A stretch of 64,000 bases of DNA from Auanema rhodensis. Its lineage: Eukaryota > Animalia > Nematoda. A program made the translations under genes and the position numbers. Location: positions 14,508,001 to 14,572,000 of the forward strand of contig OZ059895.1 of the NCBI GenBank assembly GCA_964057225.1, read 5' to 3'. Position 1 is the first letter of the stretch; each line of letters opens with the position of its first letter. Shown one piece after another: positions 12,901 to 26,600 of the stretch. The notes beneath the pieces were generated by a model. The model was not told the origin of the DNA and did not search any database. It worked only from the letters and a program-made list of their open reading frames with translations.

Positions 12901-13029
12901 AAAACAAAAAGAAAGAACTTACAAACCTGAACCGTATGATCCAACACCAATCCGTTTTTGGATTGTAATATCTTCAAACTTTATTTCTGGATAGGTACTA
13001 GTTCCATTTTTGGGGTCTGTTGAAGCCAT
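9918..13029 (-). CDS. zak-1: ZAK/MLTK-family MAP kinase kinase kinase (kinase, leucine zipper, SAM, C-terminal extension)
   Basis: Kinase motifs IGVGSYGS, VALKK, HRDLKSKN, KICDFG, GTAAWMSPE and DVWSYGVVLWEML; a zipper; a SAM domain (VQLWTVYHTANWM...LENLGLSKIGSR); ends ANWTWRTKKKPNF*. Confidence 0.9.
10962..11034 (-). tRNA. tRNA-Lys (anticodon CTT), intronic in ZAK
   Basis: Reverse complement GCCCGGTTAGCTCAGTCGGTAGAGCACCAGACTCTTAATCTGGCTGTCGCGGGTTCGAGCCCCGCATCGGGCT folds as a cloverleaf with A/B boxes and is followed by a T6 terminator. Confidence 0.97.
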
Positions 13030-14983
13030 TCACACAGATACCGCGCAAAATTCGATGAAATATAAAAGATTTTCATATATCTACTAGAACATATACCTAA
13101 AACGACAAATGATATAGTGAGAGAATAGCGAATGTTTGATAACGTACTCCGAATAGCATACGAAAATTCATTCTTATCTTAAAGTTATATAACATAAACT
13201 TGTCAATATATCAGATGGGTTGAAAAAATGTGTCATGTAATGACCATTGAGATTATGTTATCCATTTTCGAAGAAAAAAAGAAGATATAACAATAGAAAT
13301 AACATGCTGTCGTCGATGATGAAGAGCGGATGGAGAGAAGAAGACGACGACGACTAGGAACGTGTACACACGCATACACATGTTGTAGAAAATGTTTCAC
13401 TTACAACTTTATAGAACATAATGTGTAATAGATGAAAAAAAACATTTTAAAAAGCTAAAAATGGTGAATATTTCTATGATTTTGAAAAAAAAAACAAATA
13501 AATTAAACTTTTTTTTTTAAATAAAAACTATGCGTACACGCATATGTGTATAGACAGTGAGTAGAGAATAGTTACAGAGTCTACCAGTATGAATATTCCG
13601 TTTATGCACTACTACTATACAGCAAAAACTCTTCATATAACGTCAAGGTCATCATCATCATCATCATCAGAATTGACGAAAGAAAATCGTTAAATCGACC
13701 ACTATATTATGTTTAATAGTGCATATAACAACTAATCAAAGGTATTTTCTTAATTACGGTTTTGACAAGAAAGAGGAAAAGAACAAGAATATGTCTACTA
13801 TAACGGTGAGGATGATTTGATTCAATGTGTGAAAGTTGATGATTCGGGATGGCATCAAAGAGAATCAAAAGAAGAGTAAGAATGCGTATGCGAGTAAGAG
13901 ATAGAGAGAGAAAGAGGTTAAAGGAGAATAGAACTATGTAAATATTAATGCTGTCGGCAACAAATCAATTGATAGCCTACGTGACTCATCCAATTCAATC
14001 AATATTTGATGTTCATTCACTGTTGTTATCAGAATTTCCTGAAATGCCAAAAATTTATTGCTCTCCAAATCATTTTAAAGATCATTTATTATTCTTTTTT
14101 TTCTTATTTTCTTTATAATACAAAATTTCATTTAAAACAAAATAATTGATATTAGATTTATATAATTATTTTAATTTTTATTTAATTATATAATTAACAT
14201 CAGATACGTGAAATAATGTAAAATAAATATACGTAAACAATGCTGTATTCACAAAATTTTGTAACTATTGTTGTAATTAATTAAAAATATTTGTTTGTTT
14301 CTTTTTTAATTGAAATTATTTATATTATTACTAGATTTAACATGCAATAAATCTATTACAAATATAATTATTCAAAATTTAATATTATAAGAGATTTCTT
14401 CTAATGAAAAAAGAAAGTTTTTTCAATTTCGAGCGTCGTCATCACTTGAGAATTTCGTAACTAACTGTCAACATTTGGAAAGTTTCTCGCTATTCGGATC
14501 ATTTCACATCATTATTCAGAATAAACATGTAATTCCTGTCGTTCGAAAATCAACAAATGAAAATCAACGATTTTAAAATGGTTGTCAAGGTTGGTTCAAG
14601 AAGTATTGTAGAAGGAAGCAATCTGTCAATACCTCGAAGATTATAGTTTGATCAGTTCTTTCTCTTATTATTTCTTTTTTACCTGAGTATGCATAATCTG
14701 TAATCAAAGTTTAAATAAAAATATTTATTATTTTAATAAATTCTATATTTTAATTGGATGAATACTAATTGATCATTAAAGAATTAATGAACATAGGTGT
14801 TGAATGAGAAAAAGTGAGACATAGAGAATAAAAAATAAATTGTTGATTGTATAAGTAACTTCAAATTCAAATCAAAATAAAATTAGTAAAGTAACATTCC
14901 GCTTTCAATCATGTCTTAAGAAAGTTATATTACCGAAATACATACATTTGTATATCTTTCTTTAAGTATTATTTTTAATTTAA

Positions 14984-15660
14984 TATTGGGTTGTCCAACT
15001 GAAACGTGGCCCCCATCAATTGTTTTTCAAAAGTTAAAAAAAAATTACAAACAAAAATAAGATTAGGATATATTCAAACAAATACAAAATTCACCTTTTC
15101 CTGTTTCTCTTTTTTTTCCGATGACTCCCAAAGTTAAAACTCATAAATGGCCAGAAAAGCCCTTTTGTCCGTTTTCTGGTATGAAAACAGAGTTCTCTAT
15201 TATGAGCTTTTATCTTACGGTAGAACCATAGAGGGAGAGTACTATTCTGAGCAACTCAGAAGGCTCAATGTTGCTATTGAAGTCCGAGAGGAGCTCAGAA
15301 GCAGGCGCATGACGTTCTTGCACGGCAACGCGCTCCTGACTGTTTTAATGACGGTTCTGGAATTAGGTTGAGAAGTTTTGAAATATTCCCCCTATTCTCC
15401 AGATGTCGCTCCAACAGATTATCATCTCTTTAGGCACATGGAGCATAGTTTGAGGGGTCAAATCTTCAAAGCAATACAGAAGGTTGTAAATTTTATAAAA
15501 ATTTGTTTTGATTCTAAACCTAAAACGTTTTTCAGAAAAGAAATTAGTAATTTGTAAGAAGGATGGAAGAAAGTGGTAGAGATTAAGGAAAAAAATTTTT
15601 TTTCATGTTTTTTGGGGCAACATTTAGGGGGGGGGGCATGTTTCAATTCGACAACCTTCT
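14984..15660 (+). mobile_element. Internally deleted, inactive mariner (Tc1/mariner) transposon
   Basis: Left end TA+TTGGGTTGTCCAACTGAAACGTGGCCCC; degenerate right TIR GGGGGCATGTTTCAATTCGACAACC (~15632-15656). The transposase C-terminal half (KALLSVFW...YYELL...FLHGNA...YSPYSPDVAPTDYHLFRHM...WKKVVE) has stops, and the N-terminal DNA-binding half is missing. Confidence 0.92.
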
Positions 15661-15670
15661 TTCTTGAAGA

Positions 15671-15790
15671 AAAACAGGGGAGTAAAACTTTTGGTTTTCT
15701 TGAAATGTAGAAGGTCAAAGTCTACATTCATATTTAATAAAACACTATATTATATTTTTTATAAACGTAGTGCTTTCTCCATTGAGATTG
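15671..15790 (+). pseudogene. Degenerate duplicate of the 5' end of the adjacent chemoreceptor gene
   Basis: Aligns to 15911-16040 (shared GAGTAAAAC..TTGGTTTTCTTGAAATG, ATATTTAATAA, TATTTTTTATAAAC) with a 10-nt deletion after the ATG giving ATG TAG. Confidence 0.75.
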
Positions 15791-15944
15791 AATTTTAAAA
15801 TTCCATATGCAATTTGATTCGTGAAGCTCAAATGTCAAAGGAATTTTAAATTATTTTAAATTTTTTATAAGTAGATTATTTTTGTTTAATTTCTTTGCTT
15901 CTATTAAAGGAAAAGTGGAGAGTAAAACCATTGGTTTTCTTGAA

Positions 15945-17247
15945 ATGTGCATTTTGCTAGAAGTTCAAAATGTAGATTTATATTTAATAATACAATATTT
16001 TGTATTTTTTATAAACTTAATGCTTTCCCTATTAGCATTATATGTCATAGTTTATCATTCTCCAACACAATTGACTACGTATAAATATTTTCTAATTGTT
16101 CATATAGTATGGTTAGTTAAACTATTAATTTCATTGTTAATTTCAATCATTTAAGCTTCTTTCTCCAGGATTTTGTTTTTAGTATTTGTATGTCACTAGT
16201 TATATATCCTGATATATGGGGTTTACGTCAGACAGGCTTAACATCGATGTTAGGGTTTTCTGTTAAGTCTGTTTTCTGCTTAGGAACACTCCTTGCTTTT
16301 GGTTTGCACAAATTGAAATACCTTAAACAATCGGAAATACTTGCAGAAGTTGTTGGTATCTATACACATATGTTAATATTTCGAACAAGAGCTATTATAT
16401 CAACATCACATATATTTTATTTTAATAAATACATTCATAATATAACTGTGTTACTTTCACATTCTATATGGATTGTTGCTACTTCGTATAGTTATTATGT
16501 ATTTTCAGTAGATTTTCGAGATAAATATGTCCAATTACAGGTATCACTTCTTTTTTAAGGATAGAAGGAAGGAGCTTTTCCTTTTCCTTTCCTTTTTTCT
16601 TTTATTAAGTTTAATTCTAGATTTCTAATGTATGTACTCATAGTTATGGAGAGATAGTATTGTCAAATGATGTTATGGTGGTTCCTGATTATCTAAAAGA
16701 TTTTACAATACTTCACTATTGTGTGAATTTAAGTGTTATCGCAGTTGTGTGGTCATCCATGGTGCTTGCATGTATACATACTTTACACTCATCTGGTTCT
16801 ACCTTATCTTCACGCACAAAAAAACTTCAAAAATCTCTTCTGCGAACTCTGTTTCTCCAAGTTTCTTATCTTCTTTTTCGTTTCATTTAATTTTTTTTAG
16901 TGTACTATTCCCTTAGTCTTAATGGCAGTCCCAGTCTTGACAGTGATGGTGATAAATTCACCAGGTTGTTTTAACTTAATTAGGTCCTGATACGAAATTA
17001 TAGCTTATGGTTTCATTGCTATGCTAATTTTTTCTTGTCATGGAATCGCTAATATAATTGTTCTGCTACTTGGTCATCGTGATTATAGGAAAACAGTATT
17101 TAACTGGATCAGGAGAATTTATGAAAAATCTAGTAGTATGGATATTTAAAATATTTACTTCTCATTAATTTTTACATAGATTCACCGACTCATGTTGGAG
17201 TTTCCCCAGTGCATACTGTTGGTCACGATAACATTACTTATCATTAA
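15945..17247 (+). CDS. 7TM chemoreceptor, Str superfamily (Srh/Sri-like)
   Basis: Hydrophobic exons with IVYHSPTQLTTYKYFL, LSSRTKKLQKSLLRTLFLQ and SCHGIANIIVLLLGHRDYRKTV motifs. Confidence 0.85.
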
Positions 17248-17684
17248 TGGATATATAGATATATGAAGCAAGTTTAGTTAATTTATGAGATAAATTAAAA
17301 TATAATAAATAATTGAACATTTAATTGTCTACGTAATATACAGTATATATGAAAACAACGAAAAAGGTCCATAAATAACTACAAGCCTCCAAGGCCTGCT
17401 TTGGAGATAAAATAATGCATAAAGCTCATTAAAAAAACTAAAAGTTTTTTCCTTGTATTCCTGAAGTATCTCCTTCTTTCTTTCAAAGTCAGATTATTTT
17501 ATGAAAATCGATATACTAATTGCAAACTAAAATTTAAAAAATCAATTTTATCATTTCTCTCTCAAAATAAAATAGCTGTGAAACAAAATTAATCTCAATA
17601 GATATATACCAATTTTTATTTTGTCACATGAAGCATAACAAATTACCCCTCTAAAAACATAAAAATAAATAACAAAAAAATAAA

Positions 17685-20336
17685 TTATTTCGGGTTGACA
17701 ATTTCAATCTAAAAAATAACTTAAATTTCTGCTTTTCTATCATGAGCTTACCTTTGATTGAACAGATGGCTCAATTCCCAAAGCTTTGCATAAGAAGTAA
17801 TAAGTTGCCTCAACACCTTCGCGAATTGCCTGAGCTCCACGGAATCCATGACCTTCGTCTAAAAATGCAAAGAGATAAGATAAACTTTAATTGAAACCTA
17901 CTTTCACAAAGCATCAAAGCTGTAGTAATTCCACGAGCTTTCAACTTTTCGTACATTTCAACACTTTGACTGACAGGAACTACCGTATCAGCAGTGCCAT
18001 GAATAAAAGCGATTGGAGTACTGAGTTTATCGATATGATTGATAGGACTACGTTCCTACAAATGAAATCCTAGTTGAAATAAAAATAGACATTCTTCTTA
18101 CCTCGTAAATATTAATTTCTTCGGGGAATTTTCCGAGAAGAGCTTCATTATATCCTTTTTCGAATTTGTGAGAGTCCTAAATAGTTACAATGCTGATGAA
18201 CTAATGAATGTAAAAACCTTAGCCAATCCTATCAAATCAGCTACACCATACATGGAAACAGCAGCCTTGAAAACATCAGAGTGTTGCAAGCAGCTGAGGA
18301 GCAGATATCTTCAATACAAACTTATTACTACAGAACATGTTCCCCATAAACACTGACCCTCCAGCTGAACTTCCTTTAATACAAATCTTATTCTCATCAA
18401 CTCTCTTCATCTTGATCAATGCTTTAGCGGCGCTGATCATATCGTTTCTATCAACTATTCCCCATTGTCTTTTCAACCTAAAATACAATATGAGGTGAAT
18501 GAATCAGTTCAATTGTAACTGACGCATGCCGGAAGGTGGAGCCATATCCGGTAGAACCACGATAGTTAACATCGAAAACAGCAAAACCTCTGCTAGTGAA
18601 GAATTGCTTTCTCAAATCTAGTCCATCTTCAGCAATAGCGGTTGGACCACCATGTCCTAACAGTACTACTGGTGGAAGTGTGCCAGCTGGAGCTTCATAG
18701 GTATTGTTCTAAAAAAAACACCAAAAAATAAAGCTCCAGAAAACACAAAACGCACATAAGGTGCATAGTATAACCCGGTAACAAATACATCGTCAGATGG
18801 GAAAGTAATGGTTTCAGGTGTTGAAATATCGAACTGATTTAGCATTTCTTCACTCATGGCAGTTCTGATTTCGGTGACATCAGTCTAGACAATGCGAATT
18901 TATCGACCAAGTCAGAGAAAATCCGGTAAAAACCTTTGAACCGTCAAAAACAATTTTCAATAATGTGCAAGCCTTTTTTGGTCCATATGCAATACAATAA
19001 ACAGTATTGTTACCAACAAGATTGATGTGTGAGAACACAGTGAACGACTCAATTTCTAAAGAGCGTACTGTTCTATCACTGTGAACCATGATCTGGGACC
19101 CCATACGGAACACCTAAAGTAAAAATTGAAGAGATATCTCAATCATCATACTAACAGTAACATCTCCATTAGTGGCAAAACGACTATCCCCAAATTGCCA
19201 AAGAGGATACCCAATCTCTTCAGTTGAAGGATACAAGTTTGTTTCTATGCCTGCAATAAAACATAGGATCGCGTATATTACAAACAACTATCATACGTTC
19301 AGGGTCATTCATATCAATGCTATATAGATTCCATTGGCCTGAAGCATCATGAGATAGGTATAAACTACCATTTGGAGACCATGTACCGCATTGATAATTG
19401 ATCTAGACATCTAAGGTTTACGAAAATATAGTCGCGATAGTTACGTTTTTGCCAACTCCTGATTTGATAACTTCGTGCTCACGGACTGCTCCTTCCTCAG
19501 TTATCCGTCCAACTTTAATAGTAGTTTCATCCCAAGGCTATACATAACAAATAAGCTCAAGCAGTGAAAAATTAAGAAAACCATATTGATATCGTTCCAC
19601 TCCATCCAAGAAATCTTGGAGCCATCATGAGAAACTCTTGGATAAGCATAAAAGTCGGCTCCAGAAGCCTAAAATATAGAAAATGTGAAACGTAGTTCTT
19701 ATTCTGCATATCTAGTTCTCACCACAATCTCATGCTTTTTCGTTTTTCTATCAATAGAAATCAATAGATTATCAACTTCATGTTCGCCCTTGTGAACTTC
19801 GTGAACGCAGAACACATGGCTGGGAGTTACGGAGAAATCCGCGAATCTATATTAAACACAAAGAAGTTCCTTGTCATTGAAACCCTGTTTACCTCTTTTT
19901 ACCCTTTTCCCCGGAAGCCAAAAGTGTAGGAGGAGCAGTTGGTGCCAATTGTTCGTATAAGCCATCGTTCGTGGAATACACGACTCCTCCTCCAGGAATT
20001 ATACCAAATGAACCGCCACCATATTCGTGAACTAAACACCAACATTCTCCGGAAACCCGATATTGAAAACAATCAGACCACTAGTCTGAACAGATTGATC
20101 AGGAGCCCATCTTTGACGGTCACCCTCTCCTTGAAAGTATAACTCTTTGCGGCCCGCAAAACCTTGTTCAACATAGAATACCCCATCTGAAACCTTTGTT
20201 TAACTCCGAAAAATAACGCGTCCACACCTTTATTAGTTAAAAGTTCGGTAATTCCTTTACAGTTTCCCTGAGAGAAAACTTCTGGAGTGATATTACTGAC
20301 CCAGCTCCCGAAAGAAGCAATCTTTTTTGAGGCCAT
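17685..20336 (-). CDS. dpf-4: S9 family serine peptidase (dipeptidyl/acylaminoacyl peptidase-like)
   Basis: N-terminus [13 protein letters not shown]; [15 protein letters not shown], nucleophile [15 protein letters not shown] and EGHGF catalytic motifs. The symbol is from recalled similarity and adjacency to alh-9. Confidence 0.85.
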
Positions 20337-20606
20337 TCTGATGCCAATATATGCACAGATTCTATTCAGCTTAGATAAAGAACAGAAATTGTGAAAAGGC
20401 AAATGACCGGTTAATATCTCAGAAATTATAATTCTGCGTGTGCAACAGATAAAAAAAAGAAACTAGAAATTATTGAAATATATTATTGGAAATATCTAAA
20501 ACGATATGACTAAAGGTTGTTGAAAACAACAACAAAAACAAAACATTATTATTTAGACATGGACCTTGCAATAAAAATGCAAATATTTCATTGTATATCA
20601 TAAGAT

Positions 20607-22672
<2,066 letters not shown>

Positions 22673-23654
22673 TGTGCCTGAAGCGGGGCAGGGGTAAAGA
22701 CACCAATCCAAAAGGGGACAGAGTTATCGGACAGAAATTAAAAGGACTTTTTTTCCAAAATCCTACTTTGTTTGCCCACGTGACAATAGAAAGAATTTCT
22801 GTTAGGGGTTTCAAGTGAGATTTATCTTAATCGATAACTGAATGCAAAAAAAGCACTACAATGGGATTTAAAAAAGCAAACACAAGCGTAACAAAAAGAA
22901 ACATTATAAACAAAATGTTTACAGCAGAGACGTTTAAGAGAGCACAAATAAACAAAAACACTGATAGATGTAACGCTGTCGATCACCTATCTTTAAAGTT
23001 TAAAAAAAAAATTCAAGGACATAGACTTTCCAGGCGAGACCTATTGGATTTGAAAAAACTGAAACCACAGCGCTGGCAGTGTGCAGTTTCTCTCAAGGTT
23101 CGCCAAGTTTTAATAACCGGTACTGATTTCTTTGCCTTGCGTTTTGATTACTGATAACATCTAACCAAGAAATCAAAAGATAATTTTAGTTTTATGACTT
23201 CTTCTCTGAGCAAATATAAAGAATATCAACATTTAATTGAGTTCGAAACGGTTTATAAAAATACAAAAAACACAGAAACCAATTAATAATTTCACACAAT
23301 TAGATTGCAAAATATATAAAAATAATAATAATAATAATAATTTAACGTATTGGAATGAAGTTTATATTTTTAGAACAATTTGCTGAAACAAAAATCATGT
23401 CAACCGATAAATATGGAGTATAAAGACGAGGATATGCACAAGCTAAGACACCTAGTTTGAACAGGTAGTATGATAATATAAGCTTATGTATGTATGATGA
23501 ATAAAGTTTGGGAACTACGAATTTTTAAAACGTGTATAAATAAGTATAAATCGTCGCCATATATACTGATAGGAATGAAAACGTAAAACCCGTCCAGCTA
23601 TAGCACTCTCCCGCTAACGAATGTTAATTTTTAAAAATTATATGTACCGTATTC

Positions 23655-26600
23655 TTATCGGCTAGATCTGCTGGTTGCTTCTCTCTAAAAAAATAATTTA
23701 GTTTTGTCAGGAGCCAAAAACGCATTACTTCCTCTTTATCGCTTTCAGCTACTGCATTGAGGACTTCATCTTCTAGTGCTTTGTCCCTCAAATACTCCAA
23801 GCTACAGCCAGATCTCTTCTTGTTCTTTAATATTACATCTAAGGCTTTCCAGCATTTTCTGTTATGAGAAATTGCACGATATGTAGAGATTCCTTCTGGA
23901 ACTAATTTTGAGAGCATCCTAGAAACAGTTACATCATCATTGTTAAATCTTCTAGTGGACTTACTCAAAAACAGGGAGAGCTACGTCATCCATAAACTCT
24001 AATTGAATCTTAGGGACATTGGCACGCTCACGGTCCATCATCTCCAGGGGTTCACTTCCGTTCTGCTTTTCCATATCTCCTTGGGAGAAAAATTCGCGGT
24101 AAATATTTTCCTGAAAAAATTAAAGAATAATAATGGCTGATCAAACAGCACTCACCGCAATAGCTTTTGAATTACTGAAATCTTTTGATTGATCGGATAA
24201 ATCGCTAGCTGTCATTAACAAACACATGAAGAGATATCGATGATCGTGGCTCATGTAATTATATCCTATATCACAAATTACTATATGATAATCAAAGATT
24301 GCAACCAACGCACCTCCGACCATTTCTTTGATTCGTCCCAACTTTTGGAGGTGGGCAGAAATATCGGTCGCAAGAATAATATCCCGTATATGATTCATAA
24401 CACGTTGGTATTGAGTTCGAGTTAACTGGTCTAATATGTTGCAGTTTTTGTCCTGAAACATGCATATAAAGATTAGAAAGAAAAAAAATATATACCCTGA
24501 GGATGGTAACTGTTTGAGCATAGTGGTGTCGTTCCAGCACACTGCCTTCACTTGAGTATAATTGGGCCAAGGGAGTGTTCTAAGCATATACAACTTTATT
24601 AAACATCCCGCCACTAAGACTAGTTACCGTCTGCACTTGGAAATTATTGCTAGTTCCTCTGTGGTCGATATCATGACAGAGGCATGCAATGAGCAACGAC
24701 AGACGCTCCATTTCATCCAGACCTACACAATGAGGAACAATAAAGAGAGACAGCAAAAAACAATAACATACCATGGCGAACGGCTTGTGTTCTTAATGTC
24801 AGCCAACAAAAATGTGCGACGGCAAAAGCATGAGACCAGTTATGGTAAGGAACCTAAATAATTCAGATAATGTCAAAGAGCACAAGATGAGAACTAATGT
24901 ACTTACATCACGATATCCGTTAGCAACGCGAAGTATAAAGTTTGCAAGAGTCCTTTGATTGATACGATAAAGCTTTAAGAAGCCTAGATCCTGAAAAACA
25001 AAAATTTTGCATATGAAAATTATGATGAATAAAGCAAAGATTAAGGTCGTCGTAGTTTTTTTTTCAATGAACTCGTATAACTACAAGCACTAATTCATGA
25101 AAATAATAAGAGGTATAGAGAAGTTGACCGAATATCTTTCTCTCCATTTCATGCAAGTAATAATAATGAAAGATAATAATCATTTGACTGCAGAAAACTT
25201 TGAATAAATTGTGTGAAAAATAGCTCTATTGCTCATTCAGTATCCTGATAAACAACCCTCTACCCTTACATGTGCTACGACTATCATCTCATAAAGAAGA
25301 AGCGACTAATGGCTCCGCTTCGAGCTGATCGACACATAATCACAAAATGCAAAAAATCACCTCAAACATCGTCATCGCCGCGGCAGCATATTCGAATGAA
25401 TTTCCAATAATTCTCGGAACAAACGAAAATCGATCGAACCGAGGATGCCAGGCTTCCCAATATTTTATTTCTGCTGTCGATAGTGCTTCAACTTCTTTCG
25501 GATTTATCTGCAAGAAAATTAAATTAACCTCAAAATAGAGAAAATGGAGTACTTACCATATATGGGCTGTTTTTGATAACCCATTCGCTTGCCATATGGG
25601 TGCGACGTTGCGCTTCCTGTACTTTGCGGTAAAGAAGGCACTGAAAAAGGAAAAATGACCTGATGGAATAGAATATCATGAATGTCAAAAATCAGAAGCA
25701 CTCTTTTCAGTTTTCAATGCATACAAAATTTGGTCTCAGAACAACACAGGCCGTTGGGAAAGTCGAAGTCTCCAAAAGCAATCTGGAGACTTCGTTTGGA
25801 CTTGAATTTCCAAAATATATGAACGAGAGTTCATAAAGTAGGTCACGAATATACTTATATGTCAATTTTTAAAAATGGTATTGACAACAAGATGTTGTTT
25901 TAAATAATATTGTTAGTTTTCTTCATTTCGTGGCGTCGGTGATGACATAATACTAGCACTGGTGGCGAAAATATCACAAATTCATAAAAAAATCTCAAAA
26001 AACATATTATGAGCCGAAAAATTGAACAAAAGAAAGAATTTAGAAGTTAGCGCAAAAAAATAAAGTTTACACGACAAGAACAACCTAGACATCAACTGAT
26101 TGAATCAAATTGGCTGTTGTTGAGCACTTACAACTATTCTTCCCAGGCGGTTACGGAAAATTCGGAGAAGTCCACGAAGCAGAGCTTGAGTTCTACCACG
26201 TAACTGATGATGATAGGACATATGTAAGGTCTTACTTTCGGACTACGTTGTCGCAGAAAAGAAGGAAGCCACCGAAAAGCTGAGTGATGAAACAAAGTAA
26301 TTCGGGAACCAGTGGAGAACATATCGATGTTGTTAAACAAATCACGAACTATGTAAACAGTGGGTGGTCGGGTTATAAAAGTGATGAGCCACGTCATTCT
26401 CAGAAGTCAAAAATAATTTTTAGACGGTGATGGTTAACCAATAATTTATATTATATATTATAATAAAAGCAAAGGGAAAACCAGGATAGTATGCATAGAC
26501 TCCAGAGAAATGAATGAGAAAAATCGAAAAAAGGCGAGAAATAATAGTAAAACTCACATGCGATAGACTAGTAGCGCAGAATACAGCAAAAGTTCTAGCC

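Noticed and set aside
17685-20336. Recent horizontal transfer of a bacterial-like S9 peptidase
   Set aside because: The gene is intron-rich with host-like composition and has a recalled C. elegans orthologue in the same neighbourhood.
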